Assembly: GCA_000708835.1 (NCBI GenBank)
Contig: DF237160.1
Coordinates: 30,406-94,405 of the forward strand
Origin: Klebsormidium nitens
Taxonomy: Eukaryota; Plantae; Klebsormidiophyceae
Direction of reading: 5' to 3'
DNA length: 64,000 bases
Shown here: piece by piece, positions 1 through 12,007 of the stretch
Numbering within the stretch: position 1 is the stretch's first letter
Layout of the letters: every line of letters starts with the position of its first letter
Notes under the pieces: generated by a model
Databases searched by the model: none
What the model was told of the DNA's origin: nothing
The model's input: only the letters and a program-made list of their open reading frames with translations
Translations under genes and position numbers: made by a program

Positions 1-1877
1 TTGAGTGGTGAGGGCGAGATTTTGGTTTGAGGAGGAGGGTTTGCTTTGGGCGGGGGAGGTGCGCTACCGGTGGGGGGATTCACTGGTGGGGTCGAAGCTT
101 TGGCTTGAGGAGGCGGGTTAGCGCTTGGGGGTGGAGGTTGAGTCAAAGCGGTTATCGGAGGGGGAAGGGCCTGGCTAGGAGGAGGGTTGAGCGGCGGGGT
201 CGGGCTTTTGGTTTGGGGAGGCGGGAAAGATTGAGGCATAGAACCCTTGGGCGGTGGATTCTTAGGTGGCGAGCTACCTTGAGTTGGGGGGGGTTGAGAG
301 AGCGCAACTTTCGGAGGAGGGGGACCGCTTAGAGGGGGAGAATTGCCAGGTGGCGGAGGGCTCTGAGACGCGGTTGGGGGAGGAGAAGAAGGCACGGGGC
401 TCTGAGGGGGGGGCACTTTGGGTGTGGGAGACTGGAGAAGGGGTGGCGGGTTGGCTTGGAGGGGAGGAGGATTGCGTACTGGCGGAGGGTTCTTAGACGC
501 GGTTGGGGGAGGGGAAGAAGGCACGGGGCTCTGAGGGGGGGGCACTTTGGGTGAGGGAGACGGGAGAAGGGGTGGCGGGTTGGCTTTAAGTGGTGGAGGT
601 TGAGAGAGCGTGAGGGTGGGAGGAGGAGAGGCCGGAACAGATTGAGGGGGGGGGGTGGAGCTTGTTGCTTTAGGCGGTGGGTTCGCCTTAGGGGGCGGAG
701 ATGAGGCAAGACCGAGGTTTGAAGGAGGGGGGCTGTTAGAGGGGAGAGTAATTGAGGGAGGGCTGTTGGTTTGAGAAGGGGGGGTGGGCTGATTGGTAGG
801 TGGGGATAGGGGCACAGCCTTGGGCGGTGGGTTACTTTGCAGAGGGGGAGACCCGCTGGCGCTAGTGGGAAGGGGAGTGCTTGGTACAGGAGGAGGAGGA
901 GAGGGATTGGACGGCAAAGGAGTTGAAGATAGGGGAGGGTTAGGCTGGGAGGTTTGGAGGGTTTGGATTACAGGAGGCGGGGAATTGGCCTGCAAAGGAG
1001 GAGATTGGGTTTGCTCGTTTTTGGGGGGCGGGGACCCGATTGAGGCTGTGCTCGAGGGGGGTGTCGGCTGAGGTGTTGTAGGCAGGGTTGTTGTCGGCTG
1101 GGGTGTTGTGGGCCGAGGTGTTGTCGGCTGGGGTGTTGTGGGCCGAGGTGTTGTCGGCTGGGGTGTTGTGGGCCGAGGTGTTGTCGGCTGGGGTGTTGTA
1201 GGCAGGGGTGTTGTCGGCACGTTTGTAGGGGGGGGCTGCAGAGGGGAGGGAAGGCTGGTCCCCTGGGGAGGGGGATTCATGGGGAGGCTGGTTGACGCAG
1301 GATCCTGCAGTGGTGGTGGGCTTCCTGCAAAGAGCGTTCAGAGAATGCTTTGATGTGCTATCACCCCAGTGTACATTGCTGGGGGACACAACAAACCCTC
1401 CCGACGAGAAAGGCTTGTTGTTGAAACAGACAACCTTTAGCAATCCAGTATCTGACACAATGAGACTGCACGACTTACGCAGCCCAACCAGAAAAGACAC
1501 TGCTCATTTGATTGACTTTGGATGTTTGACCCTGATCCAGATTGTTAACATTCAAACAGGTGTCAAAGTTCAGACAGCTTATCAGTCTTCTGCAAGCAGA
1601 CTCTCTAGACCGCATTTTTCAGTCAACCCTATCTATGACCTGAAAAGTTACCAGGTACCAGGAACAGACCTCTCTAAGATGTTTGTTCAGGAGCTTAGCC
1701 TGGGCTACGATTGGATTGGCAATCTTGAAGTGGAATACTACAAACAGCGCTAGGTTTAGCCAAGACAGATTGAACATACTCACCTGCTGACGGGCCTTGA
1801 GCCGCAGCCAGGTTGAGCGGGGCAGCTAGGAAATATGCTCCCAGCACCAACCAGAGCCGCACGGTGAGGGGAGCCAT
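1..1877 (-). CDS. Secreted proline-rich (HRGP/extensin- or mucin-like) glycoprotein; 3' end lies beyond the left edge of the window
   Basis: Exon 1 (1877-1784) encodes MAPLTVRLWLVLGAYFLAAPLNLAAAQGPSA, a signal-peptide-like sequence, and ends at CAG|GTGAGT. A phase-matched acceptor TTTGCAG|GA starts exon 2 at 1324, which stays open to base 1 (about 440 codons: GSPPPLQDPAST...PTTPQPTTPR...SPPPK...NPPPK). It is missing from the ORF track because it has no in-window stop. A possible 5'UTR intron runs from a donor near 3251 (AAA|GTAAGT) to an acceptor near 1926. Confidence 0.85.
352..586. repeat. Two near-identical copies of a ~129-nt coding unit (ANPPPLL.SP.PKVPPPQSPVPSSPPPTAS) in the proline-rich gene
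   Basis: 352-458 and 481-586 align almost base for base. Confidence 0.9.
1061..1218. repeat. 30-nt coding tandem repeat, about 5 copies, encoding PTTPQPTTPR (mucin-like) on the minus strand
   Basis: The unit ggccgaggtgttgtcggctggggtgttgtg is repeated directly. Confidence 0.95.
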
Positions 1878-4800
1878 TGTGGGTGGGCCTGCGCAGAGGA
1901 GCAACTGGTTCAAGATAGTTCCTTTCTGTGAAGAACACAATCGCAGGAGTTTGCAATGTGGGCCAGCAACGTGAAGCAGACCCTGTATGCACAGCCCTAT
2001 GTCTACTAGTGGTTGAAGGTTTATGCTGAGCCAACCCTATAGAAGGTGATGTGGCCTCAATCTTGGATGGACTTGAGAAAGACAAGAAGGTAAAGGGTGT
2101 GCAAGCCTTGAGACACAACCACTTAGGTGTAAAGGCAATTCCGGAATCGATCAATGGACAAGCTTTATTTGCAACCTATGAGCCTAAGACTTCAAGTTCA
2201 AATGGCAGAGGTTTGCGTAGGCTTCTACATGTGCAGTCATTCTGCTGGCCACAAGAAAAGCCGATCAAGCCGGAGCTTCCACATGTATCATCTTTTTTAG
2301 AAACTGCCCACAGTATTTGCTTCTGAGACGCAATCCACACACCAAACCTTTATAGACCCTGGACTACTTACAACCAATGACACTGTCTTTCTGTGTCCTC
2401 AACAAAATCAAAAGCTCTGAACCTTAGCTACAGTGGCGGTGTTTACGCTGTCCTGAATAACAGAACTACATGCAGAGGTGTCATCAGCCAGATGCTACTC
2501 ACCAGATCAAGCTGGCGTGAACCAATGCACCCCAGAATCTTACTCTGGTGACTAAGGGATCCCTTTGATGTTACTGGCCCCAATGATCAACGCAGTCAGG
2601 ATCTTAATACCTGCACACACAGCGCGAATCTGATATCTGAGTAAACCCCTCACGAAATCTATAGAGACAATGCCTGCTCACAGATTGGGGCAGTATTGAC
2701 ACCAGCCTTTGAGCTTCCAAGAAAAGTCATAACAAACCAAAAGCATTCAGGCCACTGAACGACGTTGCACCTGCACTATTTGACTCAACTTTGGCGACAG
2801 GAACAATCCATCTATCGATTGGCACAGTCAGAATGGGTGCACTGAGCGTACATGAGAAAGAACCAAAATGAACGAAAGCAATGAAGCGACATAAGTTTCT
2901 GGTATTGGCGGCTGGCATTCTGGGGATCCAGTCTGTTAGACATATTCCGTCAGGCCTTGGCCAGCATTTGTTTTCTGTCTTTCGTTTGTCAATTGATAAG
3001 GGTTTTGATAAGGACTGCAAGATTGAGCTCATTCCAAGGATGGGGGACATAACAAAAGATGCAAATCCAGGAATGACCCAGCCATGGTTTTCAAACCGGC
3101 ATTGCGAGCAGAAAACCAACAATGCTGTGGAAACAATGCTAAAGACGATACCACACCTGACCACTGGTCTGCCAAGGCTCAAAGAAAGTCCCAATGCATA
3201 CCTCCCAGGTAAATAATAGGAGCTGTCTTCAAAGATAGGGTGGACTTACTTTTCAGATGACCAGTCCTCGCCTCAAGCTCAGCGAAGTGGCGGCCCGCTT
3301 GCTTCTTCAGGCGCCTTCAATTGGAACTGAACTCCACGTAAACCCCGTTCTAACAACCTGCTCAATTGCTACCACTTGACTCAGTAGAATGTCAAGCCAC
3401 CTGCTTCCCTGAGGCACACTCGTCACCTGTTCTTCAGTATCCCCAGTGGATGGTCCCCAGCGCACACGCTTGGTTGGAGAGAAGCCTTCCACCTGGTGAT
3501 CAAGATGTGACCACAAAGCATGAGAGGTGGTTTGTGTTTCTCATTCTGCCTAGACGAATACGTGCATCCTCGCTGGTTAAGTTCTTTTCTCATGGATCTG
3601 ACTCGGAGGGAGTCTGTGCTGACTGTGCCATCACGTCGTGGGCCGGACTGATCAGATCGGCGCAATGCTGATCAGCGCATAAGCTCAAGGCCCCTAGTGT
3701 CACGCGACGCCCCGGCCTGCCACTCACGAACCCGGCAGCAGAACCACAGAAAGGACTGCAACATATGTTTAGCGAGTGTAAGTACCGGTACTACAAACAA
3801 CTGCATCGTGCAGCACACCCGCATTCCTCAGAGATTCTGATCCACGAAGGAACAAACCTCGCGGGATTCCGGAGCAAATCGGTGTACGGTCGCTTCGCGT
3901 CGCCTTTTAGATTGGTGTTCGACAACTTGAATAGCCGTCACACCGACCAGGCACATGTCAGCCGATGGTGACACGTTGCCACCCGGCCGAGGGGCGTCGG
4001 CCGAAAATCCGACAGGATCGTGGAACAGGTGTGCACTGTGGAATAAAGGTATACCTACAATTCATGCAAGGTGTTTTGGCTAACACTAGCAGCCGACCGG
4101 GTTTAGCCAACTGACCGGAGAACAGTCACCGTCGGCCTGGGGAGCCGACAAACTGACTCCGTGTCGAATATCTACCCTTGAATATGTACCTGGTAGTAGG
4201 TACTACCACTGGTACACTTGTATCATCCGTCCTTCCCTGACGGACAAGCTAGAGGAAAGGCAACCCTTCCAAGGTCCAACTTGTGACAGGTTGAGAGCTT
4301 ATTGCGCCGTTAGGCGCCAATTGGCAATTGCGAAGCCCTCCGCGCCGCGCGGCAACCCCTGTCAGAACCGGATCCCGGAATCTGCACGCATGATGCAGAC
4401 ACTGACGTAATATGTACGTTCACATGTGTGAAATGTGGTCAAGACTCAAATTCCCTCGAGGCGCAATGGCGCGGTAACCAACGCGGCCGGTCAAGTTCAA
4501 GTCCCGGGGCGTACAGAAGTGGATGCACAGTGCACAGTGCACACAGTGAATACCTAGAACCACTAATAATACCTAATCTGATACGGTACCAGAAGTACCT
4601 ACGGTACTAGTGCTCACTGGTGACTCCTGAGTACCGATGTAAAGCACGTCCGGCGACGGCCGTGAACGTCTGACATGCCGTCACAGCTGCCAGGAATCCT
4701 TGCTGAAAGAAGCGGAGGAGTCTGCAACTTTTTTACTGCCGGGCTTTGCGGCCGTCAAATTTCGCGACGTCCGCTGCCGTACGTCCGAGGAAGTCGGCGC

Positions 4801-7586
4801 CGCAGCCGTACAACCTCTGACGCTTCATGCGGCGCCGGGTGCATTCCCAACTTCCAAGGAATCAAAGTAGGAATCTAAGTAGCTTGTGCTACTTTATAAA
4901 GTCATATAGGTATACAATTATTTGAGGTCGAACGGTGAAGCGTTTCTGGTAGTCCGAGATGCCATATGGCAGGCGCTGGAGGGTCGCCCGACGCCGACAG
5001 TATCATGTTACATGTACGGTACGTGAGCTCGGTACGGTTACCGGTATCATATTCATCCCGATTCCGAAGATCGGGGATACCGTGGCCCTGGGCTTAGGTC
5101 AACTACGGTACCATACGTTAGTGCAGCTATACAATAGCGTATAAGCTGTAGAAATCGCAGACGGCGTTCCCAGTTTCGAGCCCGCACTCGACTCTTATAC
5201 CGTCGCCAACTAGACCGGGCCTGATTTATGGGCCTCAGCCAAAACCTGGCTGAGGCTTTCTACTGGGTCACGGATACGAGGTTACTAAGTTGACGTCAAG
5301 TCTCAAAGAGGCGACTGGTTGGCGTCAGCGATTACCGATTGGTCGTCAACCAAGGTAGATCTGGTTGACAAAATCCTGAACCAGAGCCCGGCAGACCGTT
5401 AACGTGACCAGGTCGACGCGCAACTGGAGACGCTAAGGCCTGATTGTCACCGCGTGAACAATTCATTTCAAGCTTGAGCAGAAGAAAAAAAATGTATACA
5501 TTCAAGGGCAAAAACAGGGCGTATCTTCGGGGATAGACACGCTGACAAGCTCGCGTGTTTTTCAAGCAGAAGCAGTCAGCCTCAAGAAAGTCTCAAGTAA
5601 TGAAATGCTCTGAAGAGGACTCAGATCAGGTATGTCTAAGACTTGAGCAACACAACCAGCTTTCACGAGTCAAATTGGGGTTAAACATAAAGAACGGATG
5701 AAAAGTCCCCGGAATCCTAGTCAACCAGCGTGCGAATAATGATATGCTGGAGCTGACAGACAGGACATCTTGCTAAGCAATGTCACCGATATTCTTTAGG
5801 CAGATACAAGCGCGAACCCCGGCGTTTCCTCCGGCCAAACAGGTGACTTCAGCCGAGGCTTGAGGGAAATAAGACTGGTGCGACTTATTCTGGGACAAGG
5901 TTTTGAAATTCACAATTTTGATCTCAGGCGGGCAAACCCGGATTTCGATTCCGGACCATCTGATCCAGTCTGCGGCCGTTTGACCGCGTGTGTGACATGC
6001 GTTGCGTCTCCTGCTGCTACGTCGAACGCGACGTCAAAAACCGTGACGCGAACAAGCAGCCGCAAAGTGAGTGACAAGAGGTCGAGAATAGGTTCCGGGT
6101 TTGCCCGTCCGGGAGACCAAAGCGTCCGAAATGGACCACTCTTTGCCCTTAGTCCAAAGCTTCACTTACACATTCGTCGCCCAAAAGAAGTCAATTTCTG
6201 TGCGGTATATGTGGTATTGCAGGTTCGGTCACCCCAGGCGCCTGACCAGTAATTTCTTTTGAGCCCTTCGCACACCGGCGCCGGATGCGCAAAATCTGGG
6301 CCGTTCGCTGGGGCCATCCGGCTCATCGAAGGGTTCAAATTCCGTGCATCGGGCAGAGTTTGGTTATCGGCTCATATTGAAGGTGGGTCAGGCGGCCAGG
6401 TTCAATCCAATTCGCAGCGCAGCAAACAGTCCTCACCTTACTAGGAAACGATTCGTCCGCTCCGCTCTCGTCCAGAGACGCACGTCCTGAGGTGGACCTC
6501 ACGTTGACCGCTAACGTACAGCCGCACTCCCCACAAGTGCTGCAGACGAGACCACGGAATCTCAGATAGTCGACACTGTCGAATACCAGGAGTTCAATCA
6601 AGATCAGTCCGGTCGAAATAATCCTGCTTTTTAACTCAAGTTGCGGGTACGGCACCGAGCCATACCTATCCTTTGCATGAGAACATTCTAAGTCAAGAAG
6701 CATTGAAGCGGGTTGAAACAGAATTGACTAGGAAGCCTAAGCGAGCAATCAAAAATGGATAAGGACTCTTCAAACAAGAAAATCTTTAATATGCGAAGTC
6801 ATATGTTGGGCAGAACCGATGTGAAGGGAACACAGTGTCACTCGCAAACGATTCTAAGCGTTGAAGCAGAAAATCACGAAAGAAGGAGGTGCCGGACCAG
6901 GAGAATTTTTGGGCGATACGAGCAGGGATTCAAGAGGGCGTCTAACCACGTGGTACCGCGGCGGCCCCTTTGCATGATACTATGCTCTTTTGTCGCCGAA
7001 AATTCGATCACGTGGTACCCAAATTTAGCAACCAAACTGCGGGCAGACGAGCCATTTGGTCGCCGAGGCGTGACGGGTCCCAGGACGCCCCCTTTTAGCG
7101 ACCAGGTGACAAGAGCTCAATAAAACCTCCACAAAAATCGAAGGGGCATTCACAGAAGAAAGCAGAAGAGCGGATAGGCAGCGCCTGAAAGAATCATGGA
7201 AAGTCCCAGCTCGCGATTGGGGCCACGGACGTACGGCTGAGATCAAAGGTTCCGCAAGTACCTGATCGCGAGGGACGCACGGCCTTCGAATCAGTTTCAC
7301 AGCGGGAGCCAGTTCTCCTGCGTAGGGCTGCGAACAAGGGGAAGGTACACGTCAGCGGCTCGTCATGACGTCGTCGAATCCACGGCAAACGTAGGCAGGC
7401 AAGCGTTAAGGAGTTGGTTGTCTCGTACAGCTGCGGTCCCTAAAACGGCGATGGCAGTAAAGGAAAAGTAAGGCCAACGTTGCACTGACACTTGCATGCT
7501 TAAGGTCAGTCTGCAGTTAGGGGCGAGTTTCGGAGAACATATGCACTGGGGCCACTCTCCTTGTCTGAGCCGTCTTCCCACAATTT

Positions 7587-7762
7587 CTCAAGAAAGATAA
7601 TAGTAAGCCAAGATAATAGTAAGCTCCGACTAACACTAAAAACCCTAACCTGAAATGAAACACCCGCTCCGCATCCGTACCCACCCTAACCACCATACTA
7701 ACCCTACCCGTCACAGTGCGGTTACCTTACTATTATCTGGGCTTACTATTATTTTTCTTGAG
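7587..7762. mobile_element. MITE-like foldback element of 176 bp with 37-bp terminal inverted repeats
   Basis: 7587-7623 ctcaagaaagataatagtaagcccagataatagtaag is the reverse complement of 7726-7762 with one mismatch. Both sides are flanked by ttt (possible target-site duplication). The spacer is non-coding with CCCTAA-like motifs. Confidence 0.7.
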
Positions 7763-9448
7763 TTTCATCGTCTTCCCAGCGAGGCGCATATGGCCGGTGA
7801 ATGTTCATGTCAGCGATTTCAATGAAGAGGCTTCGGGTAAGCGCTTTCACGAAAACGAGGACGCTTCCGTGAAAAGTTGCCTAGAGCTGATCGCGTCACT
7901 GCATCCCAGCCACTTCAAAAGCCACAGTTCTGCGGCAATACGCGACGCATGGACAGCAGTATTCATAAACAATAACGGCGAGGGCCGCACGAGTAGACCG
8001 AGATTCAAGGGTTCGAGCTGGCAGAGTTCAGCGCTCCTAAGGCTGCAATGGCTCCTTGGCAGCGGGCTCACGAGTACAGCCGTTTGAACTTTTGGAGTCT
8101 GACCCCAACCCCAAGATTCAGAGGGGATCAGAGCGTTTTGCGAGACAATAAACGGATGCACGGCGTATCGCAGAAATCGGCGACAACCGAATGAGCACCT
8201 TCGCTCCCAGAATCTACGCGCCACGTTTAAATCCAACGCAGAAATGCGACCGTGAATCGAACGCTCTTTTGAACATCTGTGCAAGCCCAGAACGAAAGTT
8301 GAGCGGCTGCAAATCACTCAAAAGGCGGCATCGGAGCGTTCAACCCCACCTGAAGCAGTGTAAGCGCCTTGGCCCTGGATTTGCGCGTCACCTCAGAGCC
8401 TACCAGCGGCGAATCTGACTGCTTCCCGGAAGATTAGAGCAGCTTCTCCGCACAATTGCCAGCCGTCCGCAGTCGCAGGGTCCACAAACGGTGCACAGTG
8501 TGTGAAGGGACCCCTCCGCTAGAGCCTTGCCTGCGAGAGCGGCGGGAGAGTGGCATTAGCGGGTGGATGTGCCATTCTGCACACTCATAAGGGCTCCGTC
8601 AGCTCATCAAGAAGATCCAAAAGATCAATATTCAGCTGAGACACGATTTGAAAGAAGACATTATAGGCCTACGCCATCGAATGCAAAAGAAAAACTGCAT
8701 TCTACAACAGAGTCTTTTCAAAGTGGCCCCCAAGGTCCGAGCGAGAGCGTTTCAGTTGTGAATCTGCATGTTGGAAGAGTTAGCTTTAATGTGTCCACCA
8801 GGAACCTCGGGACCCTTCAGAGACTTCCGGATTCTAGGTAGCCTTTTCGAGACTTTCTTGTAGGTCGCAACGTTCGCTCCTGCTAGACAATCACTGACCG
8901 TCAGAATCCGAAGCCACTGAAGTTTGCGGTATTCACCTGAGCGCCCGCAGAGTCCTCGGCAGGTGGCCACCTCCGCACCCCGCACGCCAGAAAAAGGCTT
9001 AGGAGCGTTCGGACGTCACGTGCGGGGTCCCTGAGGATCCTGGGCAGCTTGGTGAAGGCCTTTTCTGCTGACGTCACTCCGCTCGCGCGATGACGTCAGC
9101 ATGCAGTTCAGACGCCGGCTGCTCCTCCGACTTCGTGTCCGTTGCTGTACGGAAGCCGAACTGAAATGATAAGCCTAAAGCACCGGCCAGGTAAGACCGA
9201 GAGCCGAGAGGTAGAATTCAGAAAAGGCTATGGACCGTTCCAAGCGACATACGATAGCAATGTCAGAGGCAGGGACCAACAGCTGTGCAAGCAACGGTTT
9301 GTATTGAAGAATTTGGAGCTTACCTCGCACGGTCATCCTATGCCGGCGTCGCTCAGCTACTCTAAGTTTTTCGCACCGACCACATGTTCTTACTGGGTTA
9401 GGGGCAGACTTTACGGAAAAAGCACTGTTCTGCAAAAAAAGTACCCAC

Positions 9449-12007
9449 CTCAGAATCCCCAGGCTGCGCGCCGCCGCCCCCCCTTCCAGTCACTCCGGCC
9501 GCAACCCCTGCTGTAATAACATTCTCAAAGCGAGCGCCTGCGCTTGCGGGAGCACCAGGGGGCTCGTCAAGCGGAACCGCCCGGAATGGGGGGAGGGGTT
9601 TCAGGGGTCGCGGCCGGATGAGTTTCCGGTTCCGGGGGTGGGCCCGCAGGACGTCGGAATAGACGTCGAGGTGCCGGTAGCTGCCGTCGGCGGCGACCAC
9701 TGCCAGAGGGAGACGCTCGTGGGGGTCGCCCGAATGGGGTAGCCACTCCATCTCGAGGACCTGCAAGGAGACATTCTTCTCAAAGACCTGAGGGTTCCGG
9801 AGCATTGTCTTCTAAGAGTTTGAAAGAGGAGCGTATGCAGGGCAATCGGCAAGGAGAAGACGATTTGCTGAGTACCTCTGGTCTACACGGTTTCGCTTCT
9901 TTCATTCTAGGACAAGATTCTGCTCCACTTTTCTCGGTTCCGGATGCATCGGCGATCCGGAATGCTCAAAACCGTGGTGACCACGCACCTGCATGGCCGA
10001 AATCTGATGGTTTCCGTGCCCTAGGCAACCTCAAATCGATCTTTGGGGTTTCAGGGTTTGCTCGTGTCCACAGTTGGAACCGATCTATCTGCTTAGAGGC
10101 TTTGCAGTAGAGAATTTCCGCAAGAATATGCTGAGCACACGCCCGTAGCCCATTTCCAAGCGTCAAAAGCTCAACGCCCGAATTACAACGATTATGCAGA
10201 ACGCAACAAAATCACGAACGCATCGAAGCTTTCCGGCTCGTAAAGCGGGCTCTTACCGGCAATGTGGCATGGGCCTTGTTAATGAACGCTTCGTTGAACG
10301 GCTCTGTCGAGTTCAAGTCGAAATCCCAATGGAGTTGTCCGTGAACAGGGCCGCGACTTTGCCCTTGTCGTCGCTCGACGCGCCGCTGGCGACGGAGGCA
10401 TATTTGAGCCGCCGGATTGCCCCCCCGGTGTAGAGGAAAGGAGCCGCTTAGGCGTGATTTTGCCATCCCACCGCCTGGTAGCAAAGCAATGGTTAGAAGT
10501 GCATTTTAAAAGTGCACTGCTTGATAACAAGCATGGTGCCGAGTATAGCGACTTGGTCTATCTTCGTCGGCTCTTGACCTGCTGGGCATCCAAAAAAAAA
10601 GAACGCTTCCTGCCTATGGAGCCAGCGCACTAACTGGCCATGAGCCGTCACAGCAGATGATTCAGACGCAGGCTGCAGTATGCCATCTGAGCTTAGCCAG
10701 TTGAGCACGAGCCTGGTTCACGGAGCAAATCCCTGACAGAGGAATGCGATGCACTGGCTTAGACACAGACTGCGGTTTGGTTTTGGATGCCTTGAAAGGC
10801 GCACAGCAAACCCCTAATTAAAAGGCCCAAACCCACCTGACGTTTCCTCCCCGGTCGCCCATCAACACGTACGGCAGCCGGTATGCCATCGCACTCACGA
10901 GCACGTCACCCATCGCAAAGCTCAACGCCGGCCATTTGGGCCAAAAGTCCTTCACGCGCCGCCCCCTAAGTGCGATCACCCCCAGTGACCCGTGGACTGA
11001 CGCAAACGCAAACCTCTCCCCCGGCTCCTCTTTCGGGGGTTTCGGAGTTACCCCCCCCCTGCGTCAGCCCCAGGGCAGACAAGCTTGCGGCAGAGGCGGC
11101 GGCAGCCGCGTTGCTGCTCCCCGGGGGAGGGGTTCTGGCAGGAGAGGGACGAGTGGGAACTAGAGCCGAGGAGGTTTCCGCCCGGGTTCGACCACTCCAT
11201 TTCCGCGAACGGGAGCGCGAGCGAGCGCAGCATCTGGGGGACACGTGTCATTGCCCAGACCTTCGCGGGGGCGTCCGGAGGAGAATAAGGAGGTACCGAC
11301 CGCTCGACGAGCTTCGCAGCCGCGCATCAAGCCCCGTTCCGCGTTCGTTTGAACCCAGGACGGCTTGGTTAGCCCCGACCGGACGCAGGTCACCGCTAAC
11401 TCGTTCATAAACCCGGGGGTTTTGCATTTGACCTCGGCCGAACTAAAGGACACCAAGCGCGAGTTGCCAAGCCAGCGCACCCTGCGCACCGCGCTGGAGT
11501 GCACAGGGAAGGACGAAACTACGGAGCGTCAACGATCTCGATGCTGCCTGCTGACGTGGCAAGAGCGGTTAGCGGCACCAAAGGGGGGGGCGTCCAAGGG
11601 AGGCCGTCGAAGGGAGTGGACTGTGGGGTTAGTGCAGAAGGGTTTGGAACCAAAAGCGTGATGTTTAACGCAGGAGCATGTGCAGAAACCCCGCTAGTAC
11701 TGCACGGAAAGTGGGACCTTCTGCCTGGTCAGGGGCCGGGTTAACGGGCGGGTTATGAGACTCTGCGCTTATCTCCCACTTCCAGACGCGGCCGTCGTCC
11801 GTTAAAGACAGGAAGGATGTTCTGACGGTTCCCGGGGGGTTTGCGGGGGGTTCGGCGGGGTTACTGGAACGGAACCAAGGGTTAAGCTGGGGCATCGTGG
11901 AGAGTTGGGCGTGCGCGGCTGCTAGGACTTGGACGCTGACGTCCGTTTGGGTGGCTCGTGACGGAAGCAGGCTTACCACGTGCTTCATGGGGAAGGTCTG
12001 CTCCTTT
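9449..12007 (-). pseudogene. WDR11: WDR11 (plant WD40/transducin, FAM91A1 partner) pseudogene fragment that retains introns
   Basis: Exons ~12007-10837, 10474-10257 and 9760-9449 have intact GT/AG sites. Across frames they read FLSLTDDGRVWKW; [21 protein letters not shown]; LRSSSSGRYLLILLR/DAPAKVWAMTRVPQMLRSLALPF; ERFAFASVHGSLGVIALRGRRVKDFWPKWP...AMAYRLPYVLMGDRGGNVR; VLEMEWLP; FRAVPL/TSPLVLPQAQALALRMLLQQGLRPE*. These match my recollection of plant WDR11 motifs in order. There are at least six frameshifts, plus TGA in place of a conserved Trp at 9492-9490. Confidence 0.85.

Noticed and set aside
1061-1218. 30-nt direct repeats as a CRISPR array
   Set aside because: No unique spacers and no cas genes; it is a coding tandem repeat in a eukaryotic gene.
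27-1353. Gly/Arg/Glu-rich plus-strand ORFs and the alternative minus frames (329-709, 940-1500)
   Set aside because: They are shadows of the long Pro-rich minus-strand exon, which has a signal peptide and a phase-matched splice junction.
6290-6350. GGTTCAAATTCC resembling a tRNA T-loop/B-box
   Set aside because: No acceptor stem, D-arm or anticodon arm could be folded around it.
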